DNA of 64,000 nt from the human T2T-CHM13v2.0 reference genome, Homo sapiens. Positions 1 through 20,481 of this stretch are shown here, piece by piece. Under the pieces are notes generated by a model. That model did no database searches and was not told the DNA's origin. It saw only the letters and a list, made by a program, of their open reading frames with translations. The position numbers and the translations under genes are program-made. Position 1 is the stretch's first letter. Every line of letters begins with the position of its first letter. The stretch lies in NCBI RefSeq assembly GCF_009914755.1, contig NC_060947.1. One strand, given 5' to 3'.

Positions 1-1997
1 AAAGGGGAGTTCCCCTGCACAAGCTCTCTTCTCTTGTCTGCCACCATGTGAGATGTACCTTTCACCTTCCACCATGATTGTGAGGCCTCCTCAGCCATGT
101 GGAACTGTAAGTCCAATAAAACTCTTTCTTTTGTAAATTGCACAATCTTGGGTATGCCTTTATCAGCAGCATGAAAACGGACTAATACAGTAAATTGGTA
201 CCAGTAGAGTGCAGTGCTGCTGAAAAGATACCCGAAAATGTGGAAATGACTTTGGAACTTGATAACAGGCAGAGGTTGGAACAGTTTGGAGGGCTCAGAA
301 GGAGACAGGAAAATGTGGGAAAGTTTGGAACTTCCTAGAGACTTGTTGAATGGCTTTGACAAAAATGCTGATAGTGATATGGACAATGAAATCCAGGCTG
401 AGGTGATCTCAGATGGAGATGAGGAACTTGTTGGGAACTGGAGTGAGGGTTACTCTTGCTATGTTTTAGCAAAGATACTGGCAGCATTTTGCTCCTGCCC
501 TAGAGATTTGTGGAACTTTGAACTTGAGAGAGATGATTTAGGGTATCTGGTAGAAGAAATTTCTAAGCAGCAAAGCATTCAAGAGATGACTTGGGTGTTG
601 TTAAAGGCATTCAGTTTTAAAAGGGAAACAGAGCATAAAAGTTTGGAAAATTTGCAGCCTGACAGTGCAATAGAAAAGAAAATCCCATTTTTTAAGGAGA
701 AATTCAAGCTGGCTGCAGAAATTTGCATAAGTAACAAGGAGCTGAATATTAATCACCAAGACAATGGGGAAAATATCTCCAGGGCATGTCAGAGACCTTT
801 GTGGCAGCCCCTCCCATCACAGGCCCAGAGGTTTGGGAGGATAAAATTGTTTTGTGGGCTGGGCCCAGTGTCCCTCTGCTGTGTGCAGTCTAGGGGCTTA
901 GCGCACTGCATCCCAGCCACTTCAGCTGTAACTAGAGAACCTCAGCCTAGATTTCAGAAGATGTATGGAAAAGGCTGGATGTCCAGGCAGAAGCTTGCTG
1001 CAGGGGTGGGCCCTCATGAAGAACCTCTGCTAGGGCAGTGCAGAAGGGAAATGTGGGGTCAGAGCCCCCACACAGAGTCCCTACTAGGGCAGTGCCTAGT
1101 GGAGCTGTGAGAAGAGGGCCACTGTCCTCCAGATCTCAGAATGGTAGATCCATTGACAGCTTGCACCGTGCACCTGGAAAAGCCACAGACACTCAATGCC
1201 AGCCTGGGAAAGCAACCAGAAGGGAGGCTATACCCTGCAAAGCCACAGGGGATGAGTTGCCCAAGACCATAGGAAACCACCTCTTGCATCAGCATGACCT
1301 GGATGTGAGACACGGAGTCAAAGGAGATCACTTTGGAGCTTTAAGATTTGACTGCCCCGCTGGATTTCAGACTTGCATGGGGCCTATAGTCCTTTGTTTT
1401 GGACAACTTCTCCCATTTGAAATGGCTGTATTTAAACAATGCCTGTACCCCCATTGTATCTAGGAAGTAACTAACTTGCTTTTGATTTTACAAGCTCATA
1501 GGTGGAAGGGACTTACCTTGTCTTGAATGAGATTTTGGACTGCAGACTTTTGAGTTAATGCTGAAATGAATTAAGACTTTAGGGGACTGTTGGGAAGGCA
1601 TGATTGGTTTTGAATTGTGAGGACATGAGATTTGGGAGAGGCCACGGGTGGAATGACATGGTTTGGCTGTGCCCCAACCCAAATGTCATCTTGAATTTCC
1701 ATGTGTTGTGAGAGGGACCCAGTGGGAAGTAATTGAATTATGGGGATGGGTCTTTCCCATGCTGTTCTCATGATAGTGAAGAAGTCTCACAGTATCTGGT
1801 GGTTTTATAAAGGGGAGTTCCCCCGCACAAGCTTTGTTCTCTTGTCTGCTTCCATGTGAGGCGTGCCTTTCACCTTCCACCATGATTGTGAAGCCTCCCA
1901 AGCCACGTGGAACTGTAAGTCCAATAAACCTCTTTCTTTCGTAAATTGCTCAATCTTGGATATGTCCTTATCAGCAGTGTGAAAATGGACTAATACA
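1..1997 (+). mobile_element. THE1 (THE1A/B-like) MaLR element: partial 5' LTR 1-189, internal 190-1653, 3' LTR 1654-1997
   Basis: Both LTRs end in GGACTAATACA and are similar over their shared part. The internal region starts GTAAATTGGTACCAG and the 3' LTR starts TGACATGGTTTGGCTGTG. ORFs 259-1110 and 1038-1463 translate as typical MaLR internal sequence. Confidence 0.92.
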
Positions 1998-2750
1998 CCA
2001 AATATCTACCATGTGACAGATAATAATATTATGAGGTAAGTATTTATTGTTGTTATCATTATCTGAATTTAAGCGTGGTACTGAAGGCTTGGAGAGGTTA
2101 AGTAATACCCCCAAAGCCACACAGCTGTGACAAAGGCAAGATTCAAACCCTGGTTTATTTGATTATCAGAGTCTCTTCTCTTTTTACCACATCATTATTA
2201 TCTCCAGTCATTAGAACCTATATTGTCATTGCCCACATGTTACTAGCTCTTCATAAGTTTTGAAGTACTCTGATACATTATCTCATTGAATCCTATTACA
2301 ATGGTCTGGGAATGTGAGGCTTAGAGAGAAGTCCCTTGACCTAGGTCACAGAGTGAGCTAATGGAATTCAAGGCTTCTGACTCTGTCTGTATCGCTTTCC
2401 ATTATATCACGCTTTGTTAGTACTCTCAGACAGGAAACTCATTTCTTTCTCATATTAGCTGTCAGCACAGAATTGAGCGCAAAGTTGCTGCTTAATATGT
2501 TTCTTGGTTTTAAAACTTAATTTAAAATAACGCTCAGGATTTTTACAAGTACAGCTTCCTAACAACTTGAGTGATAATATCTATCCCTTTAGTTTCTCAG
2601 AAAATAGAGTTTTCCTAAATTAATGTATTCATACTTGCTTGGTATATAACCAACCCTTAATTACTTCTTGCTTTCAAATCTTCAGTAACTTAACACTCTC
2701 TACAGTCTTCTAAATAGAATCAAATTATCTTACTTTATGATTTTGTATTC

Positions 2751-3029
2751 ACAGGGTCTCACTCTGTCACTCAGGCTGGAGTGCAGTGGTGCAATCAGGG
2801 CTTACTGCAGCCTCAACCTCCTTAGGATCAGGTGATCCTCCCACATCAGCCTCCTGAGTAGCTGGGACTACAGCCACGTGCCACCATAACCAGTTAACTT
2901 TTGTATTTTCTGCAGAGACAGAGTCTCACTATGTTGCCCAGCTGGTCTCAAACTCCTGAGCTCAACAAATCTGCCCGCCTCAGCCTCCCAAAGTGCTAGG
3001 ATTACAGGTGTGAGCCACCGCACCCAGCC
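2751..3029 (-). mobile_element. AluJ-like SINE
   Basis: Runs ACAGGGTCTCACTCTGTCACTCAGGCTGGAGTGCAGTGG to GAGCCACCGCACCCAGCC; diverged. Confidence 0.9.
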
Positions 3030-4260
3030 TATGATCTCTTTTTCTCAGCAACATCCTTTTTTCTTTAATCTAGTCCTCCACTTAAATGCCAGTTCACAGA
3101 AACAGCAGAGAACTTTTCTACATACCTAAGAAATATCACCACTGTCCTCCTTTACAATATTCTTGTGTTCAAATACACAGTGAATTAAAGATGATTCTTA
3201 ACATCTTAACTACTCACATTTCAGGTGGGAATTTTCTTTTAGTCTGTTGACACTAACACAAACATCATTGCTGCAGATTAAGCAATACTGTGCATTTTGG
3301 GGGGAAGGGTTCAGTCTTGGGTGAAAGGGTATAGTGACAATGAATCAGGAGCTTGAAAATGACCCACCCTGCTGCCAGCACTGCTACAGAATCTCTTGGT
3401 GGAGAGCCCAGATCCCTTCCAGTAAGCTGCTTAAAGTGTTTGATTCCATTTTTTATTTGGTTGCCAATTCATTAAGTGGTTAACCTTGGACTGCATCTAT
3501 CAAGCATTTAATTAATTAAGGCTAGTTTGAAATACCTTTTGAAACGTTACTAATTTCAATACACCATGCTGGCACATTTTTAAGAATCCAGCAATTGCTG
3601 AAATACGAAATCATCTTCACTAAGATGCAATAGTTGCCAGAAAAGCACTAATCAAGAGCTAGTTGTTATGATGAAAGGGTAAAAGCAATACAACATATTT
3701 TCTTTCCTCACAGTCTGAAAGAAGGAGAAAGGTGGTGATAATCACAGTTTTATGTAAGTTCAGAGCTAGAAAGCCTCCAAGGGACTACATAATCTCTTCT
3801 CTTTATTGTAAAATGGGGAAAGTGAAACACAGTACACTAAGTTAGTAGCAAAGTCAGGATTAGATTCCATGGCTCTAGTATATAACTATCCCCCATTTCC
3901 AGAATGACTTTTATTATGGAAAATTATTTTATTTCACTACTCGCCCATTCTACACTTCTATAGAGAATACTAGGGTGAGTTTGTAATGATGCTAAATAGC
4001 ATTTGTGCATGTCATTAAAAAATTGCTGACCCACATTGTTGTTTTATCCTGTATCATGCTGGTGCAGAAACCCAGGGAGTGGTTTCAAAAGTCCAATTCC
4101 AAAGCCATTTCTTTCTCCTAAAATGAGAAGTAATCATTTTTCTCATTGTTTTTACTTATCTACCACAGGTGCATTATTGACATCTGGAATATCAGGCCAC
4201 AGTGATGCCTGTAGCCATTGAATTACACACAATGGTTTAGGCAAAAAGCATTTATATTTG

Positions 4261-4478
4261 TTTTTTTTTTTCTCAGCAAAGTTTTTTTCTTTATTGGTAA
4301 TTTTTTTTGAGAAACATCTAGATTTTATTTTATTTTATTTTATTATTTTCTTTTTTTAATTATACTTTAAGTTCTAGGGTACATGTGCACAACGTGCAGG
4401 TTTGTTACATATGTATACATGTGCCATGTTGGTGTGCTGCACCCATTAACTCGTCATTTAACATTAGGTATATCTCCT
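4261..4478 (-). mobile_element. 5'-truncated L1PA 3' end with a short 3' transduction
   Basis: L1PA 3' terminus (TTATACTTTAAGTTCTAGGGTACATGTGCACAACG). 15-bp TSD AAGCATTTATATTTG at 4246-4260 and 4479-4493. Confidence 0.88.
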
Positions 4479-6568
4479 AAGCATTTATATTTGGCATTGA
4501 ACATCAGGACATGAGTTTATGGAAGCACTAAAGCTCATTAATATTATGCAAAGCCAAACAGAATGACAGTCTCAATTTTTTGAGTCCACACCAGCTGAAT
4601 GCATGGCTCTGCATATGGTAATATTAGCAGAAAAATTAAAAAGGGGGTCAGATGCGAAGTAACCCTGCACTAGGCAACAATAATAAACATATCAGTGGTA
4701 CTCAAATTGTACTCTGTGTAAAAACCACCTGGGAAAAAAATTGCTAAAAATAAACTGAATGCAGATAGGGGCAGTAGTGGTTCCTAAATTAAGCTATGTG
4801 TGAATATGATTGAATTATAAGATATAATTATCTGAGATCCAGTACTGGATATTCTGATTCAGTCACTTTTAGGTGGAGCCTAAGCATTTGAACATTTATA
4901 AAACTATACAAATTAATCTGATATGCTGCCAGGTTTGGGAACCACTGGAATAAGGGACTCAAAGATGGTTTCATTCATTCCACTTTCTCCCAGCAAAACC
5001 ATACATAAACCACCTTGAAACAAAGGTATATCTCTATTTTAAAAGGCTATTGGCCTCACTATTCTTCAGGAAAGTGAAAACTAAAAACTGAGTTAACTAC
5101 AAAGGCTAAATTTTAAAAGATGGCAGAGTAGGAGGTTCCAGCCCTCATACCCCCACAGAAACACGGATTTAAAAACCATCAACTGATTAAAGTACCTTCA
5201 AGAGAGCTCAGAAATCCAGGTAAGAGGTTGCAGTGCCCAGATGGAGCACAGAAATAGAAAAGACTTATTTAAGACAGTGAAAAGAACAGTTTCATTTTAC
5301 CCACATCTTATTCAAGACAAACAAAAATGGAAACATAACCTACCAAAAACCTATGGCGTGCAACAAAAGCACTACTAAGAGGGAAGTTTATAGAGATAAC
5401 TGCTTACATTTAAAAAGAGATAACTGAAATAAACAACTTAATTTTACACCTCAAGGAACAAGAAAAAGAACAAACTAAGCCCCAAATTTGCAGAATGAAG
5501 AAAATAATAAAGATTAGAACAGAAATAAGTGAAATAGAGAACAGGAAATCAATAGAAAAAATCAAAGAAACTGAGTTGATTTTTCAAAAAGATAAACAAA
5601 ATCAACAAATCCTTAGCTAAACTAAGAAAAAAACACTCAAATAAATACAATCAGAAATGAAAGAGGAGATACTACAACTGATGCAACAGGAAACAGGGAT
5701 TATAAGTGACAATTACAAAGAAGTATATCTTAACAAATTGGACAACCTAGAAGAAATGGATAAATTCCTAGACTCATACAGCCTACCCATGCTGAATATG
5801 AAATAAATTAAAAGTCTGAACAGACCAATAACAAATATAGAAATTCAAGCAGTAACCCAAAAATTCCCAACAAAGAAACACTCAAGACCAGATGTCTTCA
5901 CTGGTACATTCTACCAAACATGTAAAGAAAAATTAGTTCCAATCCTTCTTAAACTCTTCCAAAAAATATAAAAATATGGAGGACTGCCAAATTAATTCTG
6001 TGAGGCCCACATCACCCTAATACCAAAGCCAAAGATAACACAAGAAAGGAAACTGCAGACCAATATCCCTGATAAACATACATGCAAAAATCACCAACAA
6101 ACTACTAGCAAAATGAATTCAAGAGCTCATTAAAAGCATCATAAACAAGGATCAAGTAGAATTTACCCCTAGAATATGAGAATGGTTTAACATACACAAA
6201 TCAATCAATGTGATACACTGCATTAACAGAATGAAGGCTAAAAGTCAAATGATCATTTCAATAAATGAATAGCATTTGACAAAATTCAATAGGCTTTTAT
6301 AATAAAAACTCTTAACAAATTAGGAATAGAAGGAACTAACCTCAACACAATAAGGGCCATTTATGAGGAGCCCAAAACTAACATCACACTCAATAGTAAA
6401 AAATCAAGGCCTTTCTTTAAGATCCAGAACAGGCAAAGATGCCCACTCTCACCTATCCTATTCAACTTAAAGTCCTAACCAGAGCAATTAGGCAATAAAA
6501 ACAAATAAAAAGAATCCAAATAAGAAAGGAAGAAATGAAATTATCTGTTTGCTGATGACATGATATTA

Positions 6569-6967
<399 letters not shown>

Positions 6968-7081
6968 TCAGTAAAGTTTCAGGTTACAAAATCAACATAT
7001 AAAAATGAGTTGCATTTTTATACATCAAAATAAACTATCTGAAAATGAAATTAAGAAAAAAATTTCACCTATAATAGCATC

Positions 7082-7478
7082 TGCTATAATTTGGATGTTT
7101 TCCCCCACAAAACTCATGTTGAAATTTGATCCCCAGTGTTAGAGATGGGGCATAATGGTAGGTGTTTTAGTAGTGGGGGCGGGTCCCTTATGAAAGGCTT
7201 GCTGCCATCCTCAGGTCAATGAGTTCTTATTCTATTAGTTCCTGGAAGAGCTGGTTGCTAAAAAGAGCCTGGCATCTCCCCGCTGTCTCTCTATTGCTTC
7301 CTCTCTCATCATCCGAACTCTGCACAAGCTGGCCCCTCTTCACCTTTCCAAGCAGCCTGAAGCTTTCACCAGATGCCCAATCTTACAGTCAGCAGAATTG
7401 TGAACCAAATAAACCTCTTTTCTTTATAAATTACAGTCTCAGGTATTCCTTTATAGCAACAGAAAATAGACTAAGAAA
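7082..7478 (+). mobile_element. MST-type MaLR solo LTR
   Basis: Starts TGCTATAATTTGGATG, has AATAAACCTCTTTTCTTTATAAATTAC, ends AATAGACTAAGA. Confidence 0.8.
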
Positions 7479-7494
7479 GCACTTAAATATGAAT

Positions 7495-8520
7495 ACCCCA
7501 TTTTTCATGTGATATTTCACATTGCATGCCTATATCAAAACACCTCATGTACCCCATAAATATATGCACCTACTATGTACCCACAAAAATTAAAAGTTAA
7601 ATTAAATTTAAAATTTTTTAAATTAAAAAATAATAATTCGTTACAAGCTCCTGGAACGTCGTCAGCTAGAAGAAATGCCAAACAAGTTTTCATCATTGCC
7701 GTATCAAGTTGCCTATCCGCTCATTTGTATTTTCCACAAAATGCAAATAAAGACAATAACAAAGTAATAGTTCCACCTTAAAAAAAAAGGTAAAAAATGT
7801 TTGCAAGGATGTGGAGAAAAGGAAACCTTATACATCATTGGTGGGAATGTAAATTGGTGCAACCGCTATGGAAAATAGTATGGAGGTCCTCAAAAAATTA
7901 AAAGAAATTGAAGTCAGAAGAGATGGTAGTTGCACTCCCATGTTCATTGTAGCATTATTCACAATACCCAAAATATGGAAACAATAAATGATGGAAGAAT
8001 GGATAAAGAAATATAGTATATATACACGATGTGATTTTATTTGGTCTTTAAAAAGAGGGAAATCCTGCCATTCATGACAACATAAATGGACTCAGAGGAC
8101 ACTGTGCTAAGTGAAATATTCTTTAGATTTATGACACGGAAATACAAATACTACATGATCTCACCTATATGTGGAATCTAAAGAGATTGAACTTAGAGAA
8201 GCACAGAGTAGAAAGATAGTTGCCAGGGCCTGGAGAGTGGGGAAAATGAAATGATTTTGGTCAAAGGGCATAAAATTTCAGTTATATGGTGAATAATTTC
8301 TGAAAATTTAATGTATAACATGGTCACTATAGTTAATAATGTATAGTATACTTGAAATTTGTAAGAGAGTAGAACCTAAATGTTCTCATCACACACACAA
8401 AAATAGTAACTATATGAGATGGTGGATAAATTTATTGTGGTAATCACTTTACAATGTAACTATATATTAAAATATCATGTACATTTGAAATATAAACAAT
8501 TTTTATGTGTCAAAAATAAA
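7495..8520 (+). mobile_element. L1MA-type 3' end fragments
   Basis: Contains GCAAGGATGTGGAGAAAAGGAAACC, GCATTATTCACAATA and CATGTACCCCATAAATATAT. Confidence 0.75.
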
Positions 8521-8529
8521 TTACTCTTT

Positions 8530-9344
8530 TAAAGAGGAAAATACATGATTAGAGCAAAGAAATTACTAGAATTACTAAATGAATTCAACAAGATCACAAA
8601 TATAAGATTGATATACAAAAATCAATTGTATTTCTATGTACTAACAAAGAAATGTCCAAAATGAAATTAAGAAAACAATTTTATTTACAGTGGCATCAAA
8701 ATGATTAAAATACTTAGAAATAAAACATCAAAAGAAGTGTAAGATTTGTACAATGGAAATGATAAAACATTGCTAAGGGAAATTTTAAAAGATTTAAATA
8801 AATGGAGAGACACTCTGTGTTCATGGACCAGAAGCCTAAATATTGTTAAGATGGAAATTCTCCTCATATTGATCTATAGGTTCAATGTAATCTCTGTCAA
8901 AACCACAACAGGATATTTTTCAGAAGTTGACAAGCTGATATCAAAATGCAAAGGATCCAGAATGACAAAAACAGTTTTGGAAAAGAAGGACAAAATGCAG
9001 TACGTTTACTTCTCAACTTAAAATCTTATATAAAGCTATAGTAACCAAAACAATGAGGCACTGTCATAAACATAGACAAATGGATCAATGGAACAGAATT
9101 AAGAGTCCAGGAATAAACCCTTATTTTTATGGTCAATTGACTTGCAACACGGGTATGAATATAATTTAACGGAGAAAAGGTTATCTTTTCTACAAATATT
9201 TCTGGCACAATTGGATACTCATATAAAAAATGAATATGAACCCTTTTCTCATATAATATACCAATATTAACTCAAAATGTATCATAGACATAGAAATAAA
9301 AGCCAAAACTATAAAACTTTCAAAAGAAAAATAGGACAAAATAT
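8530..9344 (+). mobile_element. Old L1M ORF2 fragment
   Basis: ORF 8746-9021 (KTLLREILKDLNKWRDTLCSW...IYRFNVIS) is a diverged L1 ORF2 segment. Confidence 0.85.
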
Positions 9345-9658
9345 TTTCTTTTTTTTTTATTTGCAATCCATTTATTTGGGTAGACTTGAAATACAACAGG
9401 GACATTCAAAAGTTTGAGCAATAATTTATGCTATATTTATAGCATAGCCAGATTTCATTCCCAGAATTTCTATCTCCCCTGTGATGTTTTGCTCTGATTT
9501 ATGAATTTATTTGTACTAAAATCAGGTAAGTCAAGCATTTATTCTAAACTCCCAGTCTGTTTTTTATAACTTATGTGGTTTGTACACTTTCCAATTATTA
9601 ATTCCTTCAATTATTCATTCAGCAAATATTGACTGTCTTAGAGACACAGTGGACACTA

Positions 9659-14345
<4,687 letters not shown>

Positions 14346-16063
14346 AAAATAAGTTAATAAAGGCAGAAAGTGGCTATCTTCATTACTGGATTTAATAATA
14401 TGAGGGTCTTTGTTAACCTTCAGAAGATAAGTTTTGGTGAAATGGTAGGTACAAAGTTGTGATTGTATTCAAGAGAGAATGGAGGAAAAAGGAATGGATA
14501 TACTAAGCACAGACAATTCTTTCAATACTTTCTGTAGAAAGGAAGATGAAAATGACATGATAGCTTAACAGAATAATAAGATAAAGGGAAGCCTTCTAAA
14601 GACATTTGACAAGCTTGCATGCATAGTTATCTGTTGAGATAGGAGGAGACACTGGTAGTTTGAAGAGAGAGAAGATGCAAAATAGTTACCTAGGAGTGTG
14701 AGCTTACTGACAAAATAATGTAGGATTTCTAGATTGCAAAAAGATACAAAGCAAATGCAAACAAAAAAAGCAGTAGTAGTAATCTTAATGCTTCACAAGC
14801 TGAAAATTAATATGCACTAATAGGAATAAAGGAAAACACTATGTAGTGATTTTTTAAAACTAAGAAAATGATCAATGAATACACATAGCAGCTAAAGATT
14901 TAAAACAAAAGTAGTTATACATGCAAGGACATGTTGCTAACACAATTAGAGCAGTAGATTTCAATATACCTCCTTAAGGATTGGACGGATAAAACAAGTC
15001 AGAAAATTGGAATTTAATACATTCAAGAAACTGATTTAAAAGATGTATATAGAAAATTACATCTCTCAAACACAGGCTAGGCAATCTTCATGCCCACAGA
15101 AAACCATAAAAATCAGTCATGTCTTTAAGCCATGAAGTAAACTTTCAAAACTGTTTTAAAGTATAGATTTCAAAGCAATATTTTCTGACCATAATTCAAT
15201 AAAATAAGAAATAAATAATTTAAAAATGGTTGAAAATAATAAATGTTTAGAAAATGACCTTCCCAATGATAATAACTTTACAAAGATATTAAGAAAAGGT
15301 GTTTTAAGATATAAAGACTTATTTTTAATGAATCACCAAGCTGGAGAGAAAGTAAGAAATCCATAAAGACAGAAATATAAACTAAATGTGGGGACCTTGA
15401 AAGGTAAGTTAGCACTAAAGTTGACGTTTACCCAGAAAATATCTGCCAAACCTGAGTGACCTTGAGCTTCTGTTTTGACGAATGCACAGGGCACAGGAGA
15501 CAGGCTATAAATCCTATAGCCTATCCAAAAGGACAAGTCTATTAGGACAGCTACATTTAGCTGGAACTTCAAAAGTCTTCACTATCAGTATAAAAGGGAA
15601 CAGAAATGAATAGCAAAGAAACATGCTTAATTTTGACTCTGGAACTGGAGAAGTGGGGAAAAAAAGTCTCCCCTAAGAATTTCTAACCAAAAAGTGGCCC
15701 TCACTGCAGGTTTGTGGTCCAAAATACACACAACGTGTGAGGTCCCTCAAACCACAAGTCTCAACCAAAAATTTAAAGCTGTCCCAGGTTGGTAGTGCCC
15801 CCAGGTGACCAGCAGAAGCAAATGCAAATCCTTTCTGGAGAAGTACAAAGTTCCAAGGAACATGAGCTGAAAGTCAAAACTCACAAAATGCTGAAGGAAA
15901 TAAGGCACCATGATTCTGAGTCAGGGGGAAAAAAAAGTTGAAAATATATAGCAGAATCAGACCTCCAAGGGGCTTCAGATATTGGAATTATCAGACACCA
16001 AATATTTTTAGACTATGTTTAATGTTTTTCAAGAAACAAAAGGTATTTAAAAATACAAGAAAG

Positions 16064-16362
<299 letters not shown>

Positions 16363-16721
16363 GCAAGAAACAAGAGATTATTTTTTAAATTATCCAGCAT
16401 ATTTAAACTTCTATGAGTGAAAAAAAGTTTTCACTTGTAGCTTTTTATTTTGACAGTTTCAGATACACATAAATGTCACAAGAACATTACAAAGAATTCA
16501 TATATACCCTTCACCCATATCCTCCAAATGTTAAAATTTTACCACATTACTTTATGTCTATCTGTCCCTTCCATGCTCATTCTCTCTCCTCTCTCTGTTT
16601 CTGTCCACGCATATAAAAATATTATGAAATAAATATCATTAATTACATATTATTTATGACATGGTATTTATTTTTATGTATGTATTTTTAGTTAGTTTCT
16701 GAAGCATTAAAGAGTAAGTTG

Positions 16722-17232
<511 letters not shown>

Positions 17233-17689
17233 TGTGTTAAGTGAAATAAGCCAGGCACAGAAAGATAAATACCACATATTCTCAATCACATGTGGAAGTG
17301 AAGTAAGTTGATCTCATAGAAGTAGAAAGTAGAAACTGGACGAATAAATTGTTAGGGATGTGTGACTATGTAAAAATCCAGAAGAAAGGTGGTGCTGGTC
17401 AAACAAAACAATAGATGTACTCTTCGGCTGCATTTCTTGCTCCCATTCTTGACTTTAACTTTTTTTAAAATTGGGGTATTCATCTAATTCATTTGTAAGA
17501 ACACTTTATATATATTTAGGACCATACCTTTTGTCTGGCATATATATTGCAAACTTATTTAAGATATTGTTAGTTCTTTATTTTAATTATAGTATTTTAA
17601 AGAAATTTTAAATTTTATATAATCAGATATGTAATTGTTCTTACTATTTCTGCCTTTTCTTTGTTGCTTAGGGAAAAGGGCCTACATAA

Positions 17690-18096
<407 letters not shown>

Positions 18097-18366
18097 TAGT
18101 GTATTTTGATGTATGCTTATGAAGAATGATCAAATTTAGTTTTTTACTGTAATTGATAAAACAACTCATTCTTTTCCAACTAATTTGAAATGATACACTT
18201 TTTTATATAGCAAATATTTATGCATAGTTGCACTTATTTTTTCCATTCTGTTTTTTGTTTCTATTATTTTACTGCTAACAAATATTTTAATTATTGTAAC
18301 TTTATAATGTTTTAATATCTAAAAGTGAAAATCACTCCCTGGTATTTTTTTAAGAATGCTATTGGC

Positions 18367-18682
<316 letters not shown>

Positions 18683-18801
18683 CTATTCTTGTGCATAACT
18701 TTTCCATATGAATTTAGGGATCATTTTAACAGGTCCCTCCCCACAAGTAATCCTATTGGGATACCTATAGAAATTGCATTAAACCTAAAAACTAAATTGG
18801 G

Positions 18802-19091
<290 letters not shown>

Positions 19092-19960
19092 CTAAATTCA
19101 GAAGAAATAAACACCTCATGACATTGAAATCTTATGACATTTCCCCTTCTAGGTACATAGTAGGTTTGTCCAATTATGAAAGTATTCTTTTAAGTCCCTC
19201 AGTAAGGTTTTAAAGTATTGTACATATCCTAGTATTGCACAGATTATTTTTATTGTATTGTTTTGTTTCTGTAGGGGTTACTTTTTCAGCATATCTTCTA
19301 AATCGTTATTTTTTGTTTATTGGAATAGAAAGCTATAGATTTTAAATTACCTTTATAATACCATACTGAATCTTCTTATGAGTTGTATTTCTTCTTGTCA
19401 GTATTTGGTAGGTTTTATTTTTTCTCTTATTATATTGAAAAAGACTTTTGGAGCCATGTCATGTTGGTAATGGTCATCTGTGTCTCGTTTCTAAGAATGA
19501 GTATTGGTTACAGATAGTCTGTATGACGTTAAGGAAATATTATTTTACCATAGTTTCCTGTGGTTTAAAAAGATAGTTATAATTGATATATTTTATCAAA
19601 TAACTTTTGGATATCTTTCATTATGAGGAAATATTTTAAACCTATTTGAGATAATAATTTATATTTTAGATTTCTTTGTATTAATTTTATTTTATTATTT
19701 ATTATTTATTTCACTATTTTATTCCTGGCATAAGTTTTACTTCGTTATGATGTCTTCTTTAGTTTGCTAACATTTTAAAAGGGTTTCAGCCTGTTCTAAC
19801 TGATATTCTGTGACTTTATAATATTTGGGAGTTTTTTACATTTTGGCATCCACTTCATAGAAAGAATATGATGCTGTCCATCAGTTTAAATGTTTTGGAA
19901 CCATGAAAATGTCTATTCCATGAAGGTCTGTAATAATGTGCCTGAAAAACCTTATTTTTC

Positions 19961-20189
19961 TTTTTCATTCTTCCAACTTTTATTTTAGGTTTAGTGGGTA
20001 CATGTGCAGGTTTGTTACATGGGTAAATTGCATGTCACTGAGGTTCGGTGTGCAAATGATTTTGTTACCCAGGCAGTGAGCATAGTACCTGATAGGTAGT
20101 TTATCAATCTTCACCTTCCTCCCACCCTCTACCCTCAAGTAAGCTCCTGTGTCTATTGCTCCCCCCTTTGTGTCCACACGTACTCAATG
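19961..20189 (-). mobile_element. Short L1PA/PB 3' end insertion
   Basis: Contains GGGTACATGTGCAGGTTTGTTACATGGGTAAATTG. 17-bp TSD GAAAAACCTTATTTTTC at 19944-19960 and 20190-20206. Confidence 0.9.
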
Positions 20190-20481
20190 GAAAAACCTTA
20201 TTTTTCATAAATTCAATTTCTTTCATGTTTCTTGATCTACTTAGCTTTTTATTTCTCCCAGAATCCATTTTGGTACTGCTTTTTTAGATAATCTCTTTTT
20301 CATCAGTAGTTTAGAATTATTTTTATAGACTCATTAGTGATATTCTTTACTAAAATTTTCACTTTGTTGAGTTCTCAGTGGTTATACCTACTTCCTTATT
20401 TTGACTTTGGGTAATTCTTACCTCTCATTTTTCTTGATCAACCTTGCTAGACATGACAGACTGACAGCTATACACCATAAT

